DNA of 57,567 nt from Actinomycetota bacterium (GCA_009885745.1 VFKC01000026.1:1-57567), one strand, 5' to 3'; counted from the stretch's first letter, positions 12,095 to 22,430 are shown. A program made the numbers and translations. Notes: generated by a model not told the origin, from the sequence alone.

Positions 12095-13399
12095 TTAACC
12101 CAGTGAAATTGGGGAAAACAGATCCGCAAAAATGGTCACTAGCGACATCAGGATTAGCAAGATTGTCACCACATAAGCCACCGGCCAGAGTTTGGCAGTA
12201 TCCGCCGGTCCTGGAAGTGGCTTGCCACGAATGCGCGCAACATTGCGGCGCATCCCCTCATACAACGCCCCAGCTATGTGTCCGCCATCTAAAGGCAGCA
12301 TAGGAATCATATTGAATAGAAAAAGGGACATATTTAATGAAGCAATCATGAGTAAGAAAGTATGAGCCTTGCCTTTTATCGATTCGTCCGGCGCAGAAAC
12401 AATCTGGCCAGTGATTTGCCCGATACCAACAATGCTTACCGGCCCACTTGCTGCCCGTTCTTCTCCGGAAACTACTTGTTTGCCAAGATCAAAAATCGCT
12501 TTCGGAAAGCCCAGAATCGCAGCCGTAGTTTGCCGTATTTGAGTACCTACAAATGGCAGCACGAACCCGAGAGATTCCTTCTGATAAGAAACCTCTGGTG
12601 ACACCCCGAAAAAACCGAAAGTCTCAATTTTTCCTGTGGGTTGGCCGCTGGCATCAAGTGTTGGAACCTTTACTGCAGCGAGTGTCACCGTTGCAGTTAA
12701 TTCCTGACGATTACGTAGAAAATTGACCGATACTGTGCGACCAGGCCGGCTTCGGAAATTTAGGTCCGCCCATGAATTGACTACATTTCCATCAACACCA
12801 ACGATCTTGTCGCCTACTTTCATACCCGCTGCGAAAGCAGGTGAGAAAACTCCATCGTCACACTTGCCACTTGTCGAAATGAGCCCCTCTGGGTTATCAG
12901 AGGTTGGAACGCATGCGACCACTGAATTAATTTGAGTGGAAACTACCGGATTGCCTATGCCAACAAAAACACCAAAAAATACAACAACAGCAATTAATAG
13001 ATTCATGAATGGACCGCCACACATTACGATCAATTTCTTCGGAGCTGACAAATTGTAGAAAGCGCGAGGCTCCTCTGCAGGTTCGATTTCACTTAAGGAG
13101 GTCTCACGCAGAGTTTCAATCAAGGTTCCTACGCGGCCGAGTTTTTCAATGTCAACTGGACCCTTTTGATTTGGTGGGAACATGCCAATCATTCGAATGT
13201 ATCCGCCAAGAGGAATACCCTTAATGCCATACTCAGTTTCACCTTTTTTGCGCGACCAAACAGTTGGTCCAAATCCCACCATGTATTGGGAAACCTTCAC
13301 CCCGAATCTTTTTGCTGGCAATAGATGACCTATCTCATGCAAACCAATTGAAAGCATGAGAGCCAGAATAAATAAGATCCAACCAATTATTGAGAGCAT
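12095..13399 (-). CDS. rseP: M50 site-2 membrane zinc metalloprotease (RseP/Rip1-like) with PDZ domain
   Basis: HEIGH, PLGGYIRM, NMIPMLPLDGG; between dxr and ispG. Confidence 0.92.
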   Translation of the reverse strand: MLSIIGWILFILALMLSIGLHEIGHLLPAKRFGVKVSQYMVGFGPTVWSRKKGETEYGIKGIPLGGYIRMIGMFPPNQKGPVDIEKLGRVGTLIETLRETSLSEIEPAEEPRAFYNLSAPKKLIVMCGGPFMNLLIAVVVFFGVFVGIGNPVVSTQINSVVACVPTSDNPEGLISTSGKCDDGVFSPAFAAGMKVGDKIVGVDGNVVNSWADLNFRSRPGRTVSVNFLRNRQELTATVTLAAVKVPTLDASGQPTGKIETFGFFGVSPEVSYQKESLGFVLPFVGTQIRQTTAAILGFPKAIFDLGKQVVSGEERAASGPVSIVGIGQITGQIVSAPDESIKGKAHTFLLMIASLNMSLFLFNMIPMLPLDGGHIAGALYEGMRRNVARIRGKPLPGPADTAKLWPVAYVVTILLILMSLVTIFADLFSPISLG

Positions 13400-14625
13400 T
13401 ACTTGTTAAACGACCCATCTGCTATTAATTCATGTGCTCGATTTGTAGCCCAGTCGGCGGCAAATAGCACTTCATTGATTGTCAAGTCATCATCACCGAT
13501 GAAGTTACTCGCGAGATGTTCATCAACCACGCGCGAGACCAGTTCAATTATGTCCAGAAACTCAATCATCTCGCTCAAGAACTCTGCAACTGCTACTTCA
13601 TTTGCTGCATTCATAACAGCAGGCGCACTTCCCGCCAAAGTGCCAACTCTTTTGGCTAAGGTGATGGCCGGAAAAGTAACTTCGTCAACAGGTTCAAAAG
13701 TCCAACTTGTTGGCTTTGTCCAGTCACATCCCGATGCTGCGCCATCAACGCGACTAGGCCAATTTAAAGCAAGTGAGATAGGTAGATGCATATCAGGTGG
13801 GCTAGCTTGCGCGATTGTCGAACCGTCAATGAATTCAACCATTGAATGCACTACTGACTGCGGATGCACAACAACATCAATTCGCTCGATTGGGATGTTA
13901 AAAAGTAAAGATGCTTCAATAATTTCCAAACCCTTATTCATCATGGTCGCGGAGTTAATGGTAACTACAGGACCCATGGCCCATGTGGGATGGGCAAGTG
14001 CTTGCTGTGGTGTGACTTGAGTCAATTCTGCTTTACTCTTGCCGCGAAATGGTCCACCGCTTGCTGTAAGCACGAGTCTCTTTACTTCACGTGCTGTGCC
14101 TGCCACCAAGGCTTGGGCTATCGCAGAATGCTCAGAATCGACGGGGATAATTTGATTAGGTGCAGCCAGTTTTGTAACGGCAATGCCGCCAATCACGAGG
14201 CTTTCCTTGTTGGCTAGCGCCAGGGTTCGGCCACATTCAAGCGCCGCCACAGTCGGGTTCAACCCAACCGCTCCAGTTATGCCATTCACAACTACATCGC
14301 ATTCAACGCGCGCTAGTTGAGTGGCGGCATCTGCGCCGATGAGAATCTTAGGAGTCTTGTGATGGCCTTCGGAGAATCCTTGCGCCTGCGCTTGCGCATA
14401 TAGGGCAAGCTGTAGATCTTGGGCAGCCGTACCTTGAGCCAAGGCCACACATTCGACTTCAAACTCGATGGCTAATGCGGCTAATAGAGCTACGTTTTTC
14501 CCAAATGCCGAAAGGCCAACCACAACAAATTGTTCTCGGTTGTTCCGAATGATGTCGAGCGTCTGTGTACCGATACTTCCCGTAGCACCAAGTACAACCA
14601 CACGACGCTTTTGCGCAGCAGTCAT
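13399..14625 (-). CDS. dxr: 1-deoxy-D-xylulose-5-phosphate reductoisomerase
   Basis: LGATGSIG, LANKESL, PVDSEHSA, LTASGGPF, HPTWAMG, NKGLEIIEA. Confidence 0.98.
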   Translation of the reverse strand: MTAAQKRRVVVLGATGSIGTQTLDIIRNNREQFVVVGLSAFGKNVALLAALAIEFEVECVALAQGTAAQDLQLALYAQAQAQGFSEGHHKTPKILIGADAATQLARVECDVVVNGITGAVGLNPTVAALECGRTLALANKESLVIGGIAVTKLAAPNQIIPVDSEHSAIAQALVAGTAREVKRLVLTASGGPFRGKSKAELTQVTPQQALAHPTWAMGPVVTINSATMMNKGLEIIEASLLFNIPIERIDVVVHPQSVVHSMVEFIDGSTIAQASPPDMHLPISLALNWPSRVDGAASGCDWTKPTSWTFEPVDEVTFPAITLAKRVGTLAGSAPAVMNAANEVAVAEFLSEMIEFLDIIELVSRVVDEHLASNFIGDDDLTINEVLFAADWATNRAHELIADGSFNK

Positions 14626-16067
14626 CAAAGATCCAATCCACTCAAAACCATGACGCGCTCGTGGGTAAAGTCTTCCATGGCAAAACGCACACCTTCTTTG
14701 CCAGACCCAGAACCCTTCACTCCGCCATATGGCATCTGATCCGAACGAAAAGATGGAACATCGCCGATGATTACGCCGCCAACTTCGAGTTCACGGTGCG
14801 CCCTAAATGCCGTTTGAATATCATGCGTGAATATTCCTGCCTGCAGTCCAAACGCTGAGTCATTAACGAGCTCGAAGGCTTCATCAGTTGTCGCGAAGGA
14901 CGCCAAGACAATAACCGGGCCGAAAACCTCGTTACACAACAAGTGCGAATTAGCAGGCACATCAACGAGAACCGCGGGTTCTATGAATGCACCATCACGA
15001 GTACCGCCGCAAAGGAGTTTTGCGCCTTGAGCAACTGCTTGTTCAATCCACGATTCAACTCTCATAGCAGCATCCACATTAATCAACGGACCTACAACCA
15101 CTTTTTCATCGCGCGGATCACCATTGGGCAAGGACAACACGTTCTTGACTATTTGCTCGCTTAAGTGTGCACAGAGGGATTCGTGAATCAGGACCCGCTG
15201 GACTGAAACACAGGATTGACCCGCTTGATAATTACCAAAGGTTGCAATGCGGCTAGCCGCCCAATCCAAGTCTTGTTGACTGTTCCAGTCCGCTAGAACC
15301 ACAGCTGCTGCATTGCCACCCAACTCTAAAGTGAGTTTTTTCGTCGGAACTTGCTTTTCGATTGCATGCCCGACTTTGTCCGAACCAGTAAAAGATATGA
15401 CTGGCAGCCTTTGATCTTGAACAAGTAGTGGAGCTAATTCATTACCGATTGGCAAGATAGACCAAGCACCCGGGGGTAAATCCGTCTGAGCTAACAACTC
15501 GCCCAATAACAGTGCGCACATAGGTGTGCTTGGTGCTGGTTTGATAATTATTGGCGCACCAACAGCAATCGCTGGGGCTAACTTATGAGCGACAAGATTT
15601 ATCGGAAAGTTAAATGGTGAAATGCCCAATATAGGACCATAAGGAAATCTACGAATAATTGCCATCCGTCCAGAAGTAGTTACTTCAGTATCGAGGCGTT
15701 GCATCTCCCCTGAAAATCTTCGGACTTCTTCAGCAGCCCATCGAAATGTTGCTACTGCCCGCAAAGCTTCTGCTCTGGCCCACATCAGAGGCTTTCCATT
15801 TTCATCAACGATTAAGTGAGCCACTTCGTCTAGGCGCTCGTTTAATTCGCGTGAAACATGCATCAGGGCCTCTGCGCGCGTAGCGGCACTTGTCGATTGA
15901 ACACTCTTTGCCTCTGACGATGCCGACGTTATCGCATCTTCAATATGTTTAGCACTCGGGACATAATGACGCGCAACTAACGACTCATCAGCGGGATGCA
16001 GCACCTGCGCAATTTCATTACTAGTCGTAGAAACACCAGCAACCCAAAATGGGTGAATTGAAGTCAT
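14625..16067 (-). CDS. Aldehyde dehydrogenase family protein
   Basis: PFNFP, FTGS, LELGGN, catalytic Cys in AGQSCVS, EVFGPV. Confidence 0.93.
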   Translation of the reverse strand: MTSIHPFWVAGVSTTSNEIAQVLHPADESLVARHYVPSAKHIEDAITSASSEAKSVQSTSAATRAEALMHVSRELNERLDEVAHLIVDENGKPLMWARAEALRAVATFRWAAEEVRRFSGEMQRLDTEVTTSGRMAIIRRFPYGPILGISPFNFPINLVAHKLAPAIAVGAPIIIKPAPSTPMCALLLGELLAQTDLPPGAWSILPIGNELAPLLVQDQRLPVISFTGSDKVGHAIEKQVPTKKLTLELGGNAAAVVLADWNSQQDLDWAASRIATFGNYQAGQSCVSVQRVLIHESLCAHLSEQIVKNVLSLPNGDPRDEKVVVGPLINVDAAMRVESWIEQAVAQGAKLLCGGTRDGAFIEPAVLVDVPANSHLLCNEVFGPVIVLASFATTDEAFELVNDSAFGLQAGIFTHDIQTAFRAHRELEVGGVIIGDVPSFRSDQMPYGGVKGSGSGKEGVRFAMEDFTHERVMVLSGLDL

Positions 16068-16174
16068 GGTCTAACGGTACGCCTGATTGGCCACGTATTC
16101 GCGCTCGGTAGACAGGAAACTCGCCTCACCACAAAGCTGGGTCACATTTCGCACGCAGGTCTAACATGGGAAGT

Positions 16175-17527
16175 ATGAGCCAAGACAGTCCAAAGCAATT
16201 CGTCAACGATCTGGAACAAGTCCGCAAATTGGTAACCGAGATTCCAGGTCCGCTGTCCATCGCGATGCATAAACGTCGCATTGCGGCTGTTAGTTCTGGT
16301 GTTGGTGCAACGTTACCAATATTTGTTACTAAGGCCGGTGGTGGCATCGTCCTAGATGTTGATGGAAATTCGCTCATTGACATGGGCTCCGGCATAGCAG
16401 TTACGAGTGTTGGAAACTCAGCAAAGGATGTGGTCGATGGTCTATCTAAACAGGCGCAGAATTTCACCCACACTTGTTTCATGGTCACGCAATACGAGGG
16501 CTACGTTGAGGTATGTGAAGCGCTCAATCAACTTACCCCGGGAGAACATGAAAAACGTTCCGCTCTTTTTAATACCGGTGCCGAAGCCGTAGAGAATGCA
16601 GTAAAGATTGCTCGCGCTTACACCAAGCGCCAAGCCGTTGTCGTTTTTGAACACGGTTACCACGGGCGCACTAACTTGACCATGGGTATGACTGCAAAGG
16701 TCATGCCTTACAAATATTCATTTGGACCATTCGCCCCGGAAATTTACCGAATGCCAATGTCTTATCCAGTGCGCGATGGGCTCACTGGCCTTAAAGCAGC
16801 TCAGAATGCGATCAGCCGCATGGAGAAAGAAATTGGATCCGATCAGATTGCCGCGATAGTTGTTGAACCAATTCAGGGCGAAGGCGGATTCGTTGTTCCT
16901 GCCCCTGGATTTCTACCTGCACTAGTCAATTACGCCAATCAATCTGGAATCGTGTTTATTGCTGATGAAATTCAAACGGGATTCTGCCGCACGGGAAATT
17001 GGTTTGCGAGCGAGCATGAAGGAATAATTCCAGACTTAATCACTACAGCTAAGGGCATCGCAGGTGGCTTACCCCTTTCTGCAGTCACTGGTCGTGCGGA
17101 AATTATGGACGCTGTACATCCTGGTGGCTTGGGCGGAACATACGGTGGCAATCCAGTGGCCTGCGCCGCGGCTCTTGGTTCCATTGCCATTATGCAGCGT
17201 GAGAACCTCGTTGCTCGGGCAACACAGATCGAATCAATCATGAAGGCTCACCTTGAAACATTGGCGCAAAAAACTGGTGTAATTCTCGACATTCGTGGGC
17301 GTGGTGCCATGATTGCTATCGAGATTGTCAAGGCTGGAAGCACTGACGCTGACCCGGAATTGACATCTAAAATCGCAAAAGCCTGCCACTCTCAAGGCGT
17401 TATCGTACTGACTGCAGGCACCTATGGAAATGTGTTGCGGTTTCTTCCGCCACTTGTTATTTCTGACTACTTACTTAATGAAGCTATGCAAGTAATCGCT
17501 GAGCAGTTTGAAATTGCCTTGAGCTAA
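16175..17527 (+). CDS. gabT: 4-aminobutyrate--2-oxoglutarate transaminase
   Basis: FTHTCFMV, TGAEAVENAVK, EPIQGEGG, DEIQTGF, TAKGIAGG; TAACAT 7 nt before ATG 16175. Confidence 0.93.
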   Translation: MSQDSPKQFVNDLEQVRKLVTEIPGPLSIAMHKRRIAAVSSGVGATLPIFVTKAGGGIVLDVDGNSLIDMGSGIAVTSVGNSAKDVVDGLSKQAQNFTHTCFMVTQYEGYVEVCEALNQLTPGEHEKRSALFNTGAEAVENAVKIARAYTKRQAVVVFEHGYHGRTNLTMGMTAKVMPYKYSFGPFAPEIYRMPMSYPVRDGLTGLKAAQNAISRMEKEIGSDQIAAIVVEPIQGEGGFVVPAPGFLPALVNYANQSGIVFIADEIQTGFCRTGNWFASEHEGIIPDLITTAKGIAGGLPLSAVTGRAEIMDAVHPGGLGGTYGGNPVACAAALGSIAIMQRENLVARATQIESIMKAHLETLAQKTGVILDIRGRGAMIAIEIVKAGSTDADPELTSKIAKACHSQGVIVLTAGTYGNVLRFLPPLVISDYLLNEAMQVIAEQFEIALS

Positions 17528-17594
17528 GTCGCAAATTTGTCATTAAGCTCTCCTGAACTCCCGAACTTTTGATATTTGCGACAGACTAGAGAAC

Positions 17595-18293
17595 ATGTCC
17601 TCGCCATTCGTTCGCCTTGATATCTGGCAAGTATCAACAAGTCGGATTCCACTTGCCATCGGTTTTATGGGACTACATCGACGTCAATTGCGAAAAAATC
17701 TGGATCTTGACTTCTTCAAATTGCTTGGAACAGGCTCAGGCAAGACATTCACTGCTCGGGATGCAGATCCTAAACATTGGGCACTCCTAACAATCTGGAA
17801 ATCCTCGGAACTCGCAGATGCATTTTCAGAAAGTATTGTTTGCAAACAATGGCAAGGCATCTCGACAGCTAGTGCCAAACTAGACCTCATTCCAATTTCT
17901 GCTCGAGGCACATGGAATGGCATGGAAGTTTTTGGAAGTGGAACTCTTGAGAAATGGGAGGGAACCACGGCGGCGCTGACCAGAGCAAGCATCAAAGTGC
18001 GTTGGTGGCGTGAATTTTGGCGAAGCGTGCCACCGGTTTCCGCCGATCTGAACACAACATCAGGATTGATAACTAGCCTTGGCATTGGCGAAGCACCTGT
18101 TGGCCTGCAGGGAACATTTAGTATTTGGAAAGATAACGACAGCATCACTCAATTCGCCTCACGCCAGCGCGCACATCAAGAAGTAGTGCACAAAACTCAC
18201 CAAACAGGATGGTACTCAGAGGAGTTGTTTGCTCGCTTTAAGGTTGTGAACGCCAGTGGCGTATACAACGGAGTAAGTCTGGAAACCTTATGA
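17595..18293 (+). CDS. crtA: CrtA-like (spheroidene monooxygenase/2'-hydroxylase family) protein
   Basis: FFKLLGTGSG, LGIGEAPVGLQGTFSIW, H..V....H..GWYSEELFARF motifs; carotenoid context. Confidence 0.8.
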   Translation: MSSPFVRLDIWQVSTSRIPLAIGFMGLHRRQLRKNLDLDFFKLLGTGSGKTFTARDADPKHWALLTIWKSSELADAFSESIVCKQWQGISTASAKLDLIPISARGTWNGMEVFGSGTLEKWEGTTAALTRASIKVRWWREFWRSVPPVSADLNTTSGLITSLGIGEAPVGLQGTFSIWKDNDSITQFASRQRAHQEVVHKTHQTGWYSEELFARFKVVNASGVYNGVSLETL

Positions 18294-19078
18294 ACAATCA
18301 ACAAGTTGAGTCGCCACAAATAAGCCTGGCTGTTCTTTCCGCCCTACTTCTCGGATGCACAGTATTTCTCAATGTTTTGTGGTTACTTGGCGATGGCAAC
18401 TTTCGAATACTTGTCACAATTCTTGCTGTTACGACATTTGCCTTCGCAAGTTTTTTTCATGCCTGGTCGACATTAGGCAGGAAATTCGCTTTCGAGATGA
18501 TTGCCATTTGCTTCACACTCACATTTACAATCGAGGCCATCGGGGCTAGTACCGGTTTTCCTTTCGGCAATTACTCTTACGGCCCAGATTTAGGGCGACA
18601 ATTTTTTGGGGTACCACTTTTGATTCCAGCAGCCTGGTTCATGATGCTTTACCCGAGCTTTATTATCGGTCGGCTGCTGACACAGAATTACCTGTTTTCG
18701 ACACTTATTGGTGCGTGGCTTATGGCTACTTGGGACCTCTACCTCGATCCGCAAATGGTCAACGTTGGATATTGGACTTGGTTTAACGAGGCAAATGTTG
18801 CAACTACTCAAATTCCTCTGAGCAATTTCTTTGGTTGGTTTTTTAGTTCAGCGTTGATAATCGGATTAATCAACTTGCTGCCAGTAACAAGGTCACAAAA
18901 CCCGCACATACGGATACCAGTGATTGCCGTTTTCTGGATTTGGATAGGTGGATTTGTCGCGAATACTGTTTGGTTCAAACCATTTCTAAATCAGCCTCTA
19001 GTCGGCATAAGCGGGGCTGTTGGGATGGCTATAGTCCTTATTCCACTTGGGCGGGTGTTGTGGTCACAACGGTCTTAG
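18290..19078 (+). CDS. cruF: Carotenoid 1',2'-hydratase (CruF/DUF422 family)
   Basis: EAIGASTGFPFGNYSY, GVPLLIPAAW, WDLYLDP, PLSNFFGW; multi-TM; ATGA overlap with crtA. Confidence 0.85.
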   Translation: MNNQQVESPQISLAVLSALLLGCTVFLNVLWLLGDGNFRILVTILAVTTFAFASFFHAWSTLGRKFAFEMIAICFTLTFTIEAIGASTGFPFGNYSYGPDLGRQFFGVPLLIPAAWFMMLYPSFIIGRLLTQNYLFSTLIGAWLMATWDLYLDPQMVNVGYWTWFNEANVATTQIPLSNFFGWFFSSALIIGLINLLPVTRSQNPHIRIPVIAVFWIWIGGFVANTVWFKPFLNQPLVGISGAVGMAIVLIPLGRVLWSQRS

Positions 19079-20157
19079 AAGTTGCAGTTGGATTGTGCGC
19101 TCTTCTCACACTTCAAAGTCTCATTAATGTCAGGTTCTTTTTCTTAGCCCCAGACAAATCAGTGAGGTCTAAATCGAGTTTTGATATTTTAATTCCTGCC
19201 CGAAACGAGGAATTTTCAATTGCCGAGTGCGTCCAATCCGCAATCTCCCAATTGGAAGCAGGTAGTTCTCGCATTTTGGTCTTCGATGACAATTCCACTG
19301 ACGAAACGCCAACAATTCTTGACACTTTTGCGGATGACCGAGTAGAGATTTTGACGAACAATCAGAATCCACCCGAGGGATGGTTGGGAAAGAATTGGGC
19401 CTGCAATCAATTAGCCCAAAAAGCAAGTGGTGAGTATTTGGTTTTCTTAGATGCCGATGTGATTTTAGAACCATCTGCTGTTAGCCAGGCAATCGCTTTG
19501 ATGCAAAGGCATTCACTCGAGCTAGTAAGTCCCTACCCAAGACAGATTTCCAAAGGAATTCTCGGTCTGCTTATTCAGCCACTCTTGCAATGGTCATGGC
19601 TGACTACTGTTCCGCTAGGTATTGCCAGACGGAGTTCGCGTGCGAGTTTGGCTGTGGCAAACGGTCAATTTTTAGTGGTCCAACGAGATGCATATCTGGC
19701 CAGCGGCGGGCATCAGGGTGTTAAGGACAAGGTTCTTGATGACATAGAGCTTTTACGATTATTGCTCGCACATGGTTATCGAGGAAGTGTCATAGACGGA
19801 ACACATTTGGCAAGCTGCACAATGTATAAAGACAGCCAAGAATTGATTGACGGTTATTCCAAGAGTTTGTGGTGCGCTTTTGGTGGCCCTCTCGGCTCGA
19901 TTGTAACTGTCAGTTTTTTACTCTATGTATACGTGGTGCCTTGCCTGGGCTTTTTCAATAACAATTTGGAGATTGCGCTGATTGGATGGACAAGTGGACT
20001 TGCCGGCCGGCTTATAACTGACATAAAGACAGGTCACCGAAACATACTCGCCGCACTATTTCATCCTGTATCAATAGTTTGTTTTGCCTATTTGAACATA
20101 ATTTCATGGTGGCGTCACACGCATGGCGCACTGTTTTGGAAGGGCCGAACACTTTGA
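19060..20157 (+). CDS. GT2 glycosyltransferase, probable carotenoid glycosyltransferase (CruC/CruG/CrtQ-like)
   Basis: IPARNEE, DDNSTD, PPEGWLGKNWAC, FLDADV, ANGQF, DDIEL; GTG at 19060. Confidence 0.85.
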   Translation: MVTTVLEVAVGLCALLTLQSLINVRFFFLAPDKSVRSKSSFDILIPARNEEFSIAECVQSAISQLEAGSSRILVFDDNSTDETPTILDTFADDRVEILTNNQNPPEGWLGKNWACNQLAQKASGEYLVFLDADVILEPSAVSQAIALMQRHSLELVSPYPRQISKGILGLLIQPLLQWSWLTTVPLGIARRSSRASLAVANGQFLVVQRDAYLASGGHQGVKDKVLDDIELLRLLLAHGYRGSVIDGTHLASCTMYKDSQELIDGYSKSLWCAFGGPLGSIVTVSFLLYVYVVPCLGFFNNNLEIALIGWTSGLAGRLITDIKTGHRNILAALFHPVSIVCFAYLNIISWWRHTHGALFWKGRTL

Positions 20158-20176
20158 TGCATCAAGAGGTGAGATT

Positions 20177-21676
20177 GTGGCAAAAGTAGTAATCATAGGC
20201 GCTGGGATGGGTGGTATGGCCTGCGCAGCAAGATTGCGCGCCAAGGGACATGTCGTGTCTGTGATCGAACAAAATACAACCTGGGGTGGCAAATTAGGCG
20301 CCGCCTCATTTGGAGCGCACACTTTTGACACTGGACCTAGCCTGCTTACCTTGCCTGCGGTGTATCGGGACCTGTTTCTAAAAACTGGAAAGCCTCTTGA
20401 GGAATCCATAGAAATAGTGGATCTAGATAGAGCTTTTCGGTATCAGTTCGCTGATGGAACGATTATAGAAATGCCTGGTTCGGGCATTGCAAAGTGTGCT
20501 GATGCCATTGGTGATGCGTTAGGTGGACAATCATCACAAGAGTGGCGAGCTTTCATGAATCGTGCCGCACAAATTTGGGCGGCCACTCGCAAACCATTTT
20601 TAGAAAATGAATTAGCCGGGTGGAAGAGCTTGGCGGCCTTGGCCTTGCACATGAGTGATTTACGAACAATCGCTCCTGGTAAATCCCTTCGAGCGCTGGC
20701 GGAACAATATTTAAGCGATCCTAGGCTTATCACGCTTGTAGACCGCTACGCCACATACACCGGATCTGATCCTCGACAAGCTCCGGCAGCGCTCGCCACC
20801 ATTCCTTACATTGAACAAAACTTTGGCGCCTACCATGTTGCCGGCGGTCTGCGTTCGTTAGGGGCTGCACTTTACGAACGTTGCCTTCAGCTGGGCGTAA
20901 CTTTTACGTTTGAATCGGACGTTGCGTCAATTGTGGGTGAATCCAAAGTTCAAGGATTGACCCTAAAAACTGGTGAATTTATCCCTGCAGACATAGTTGT
21001 CGCTAATGCTGATGCGGCAACTGTGTATCAAAATCTTCTCAGCCCTGCTAGTGCAAAAATTGTGAAGTCAGACACAAGATTCCTAAAAAGGAATAATCAA
21101 TCGTTGTCAGGATTTGTCATGCTGATGGCACTAAATGCAAAGACGCCAAATTTGTTGCATCACAATGTTTTCTTTCCAAGCGACTATGACGACGAGTTCA
21201 ACTCGATATTTGGCATCGACAAAGACAAGATGCCGGTGCCTGATCCAACAATTTATGTCTGCAATCCAAACGACTCGGCGATGGCACCTACGGATGGTGA
21301 ATCTTGGTTTGTGCTGGTTAATGCCCCGCGACATGAGCCCAACACTGGTGTTGATTGGTCAGATCTAAAGCTACAGAACGATTATCAAGACAAAATTCTC
21401 GCGTCCTTAGCCCGACTGGGATTTGATGTCAGTGATCGAATTAAATGGAAGAACACTATGACTCCTGCTGATCTAGAGACTCAAACTCGCGCTCCAGGTG
21501 GTTCGATTTACGGTTCATCCAGCAATGGGATGCGTTCAGCATTTATGCGACCAACTAACACCACAAAAATTGAGGGGCTATTTTTAGTAGGAGGATCAAC
21601 TCATCCCGGTGGCGGGCTGCCTTTGGTGGCTATGTCTGCGAATATTGTGGCCGATCGCATTGGACGAGCGAATTAA
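20177..21676 (+). CDS. Carotenoid desaturase paralog, likely 3',4'-desaturase (CrtD-like)
   Basis: VIIGAGMGG FAD motif, FDTGPSLLTLP, GGSTHPGGGLP; in operon with cruF/crtA/GT2; GAGGTG before GTG 20177. Confidence 0.8.
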   Translation: MAKVVIIGAGMGGMACAARLRAKGHVVSVIEQNTTWGGKLGAASFGAHTFDTGPSLLTLPAVYRDLFLKTGKPLEESIEIVDLDRAFRYQFADGTIIEMPGSGIAKCADAIGDALGGQSSQEWRAFMNRAAQIWAATRKPFLENELAGWKSLAALALHMSDLRTIAPGKSLRALAEQYLSDPRLITLVDRYATYTGSDPRQAPAALATIPYIEQNFGAYHVAGGLRSLGAALYERCLQLGVTFTFESDVASIVGESKVQGLTLKTGEFIPADIVVANADAATVYQNLLSPASAKIVKSDTRFLKRNNQSLSGFVMLMALNAKTPNLLHHNVFFPSDYDDEFNSIFGIDKDKMPVPDPTIYVCNPNDSAMAPTDGESWFVLVNAPRHEPNTGVDWSDLKLQNDYQDKILASLARLGFDVSDRIKWKNTMTPADLETQTRAPGGSIYGSSSNGMRSAFMRPTNTTKIEGLFLVGGSTHPGGGLPLVAMSANIVADRIGRAN

Positions 21677-22329
21677 TGTTCAGCGAATGCTTTTTTAAAA
21701 ACTAGGTAAAGCTGTGTAATTCCAATCGCACTTGTAATTAGCCAAACATAGGACGCGATTGAACATAATTCTCTGGCATAACCGTTGAATAGAGCACAGG
21801 CAAGAAAAAACAGGATGACTATTGCCACTCGAGTTGGTTTTTCTCCTGCTGTAATTGCACCCACATCGTGATTGCCTAGCCCAGTTGCTCTGGCTCGCAT
21901 GTACTCATGGACAAGTGTTAGGCAAGCAGCTATCAAACAGGCAACAAATGGCGCGCCACCTAGATAAAGCAACATTGCAAAACATACGTCAACGATTCGA
22001 TCTACTATCGAATCAAGGTAAGCGCCCCAATGGGAAGTTTTCCCCTTTCGGACCGCAACAATTCCATCGAGACTATCTACCATCGCCAGGAATAAAACTC
22101 CGAGCGAAACAGCGATGAAGTGGTCATTGAATTTATAGAAATAAACCAATACGAATACTGCAAAAAAACCTCCAAAAATGGTTATTACATTTGCAGAGAC
22201 CTTGAGCACCAGGGCAGATAAAGCAAAACCTATCCGCAGCCAGCCACGAACGGCCTTAGAAGGCTTCGCATCTCCATGAAGGCTTGACCAAACCAATAAG
22301 TAGTCAGCGAAGCTCATCAGATGTAGCAC
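21673..22329 (-). CDS. CDP-alcohol phosphatidyltransferase family protein
   Basis: DSLDGIVA...WGAYLDSIVDR signature; TM helices. Confidence 0.88.
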   Translation of the reverse strand: MLHLMSFADYLLVWSSLHGDAKPSKAVRGWLRIGFALSALVLKVSANVITIFGGFFAVFVLVYFYKFNDHFIAVSLGVLFLAMVDSLDGIVAVRKGKTSHWGAYLDSIVDRIVDVCFAMLLYLGGAPFVACLIAACLTLVHEYMRARATGLGNHDVGAITAGEKPTRVAIVILFFLACALFNGYARELCSIASYVWLITSAIGITQLYLVFKKAFAEH

Positions 22330-22430
22330 CTATAACACTTGGTCAGAATCACATCCACAGTCTAGAACCGATATCGTTTAAAGGGAGTGGCCAGAGTGCA
22401 AAGACTTGCTCGACCCAATAATCTTGGCAG

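Noticed and set aside
13403-14020. Long antisense ORFs (also 8014-8445, 17684-18148, 36369-36854 and others)
   Set aside because: Antisense shadows of well-conserved genes, with no SD or motif support.
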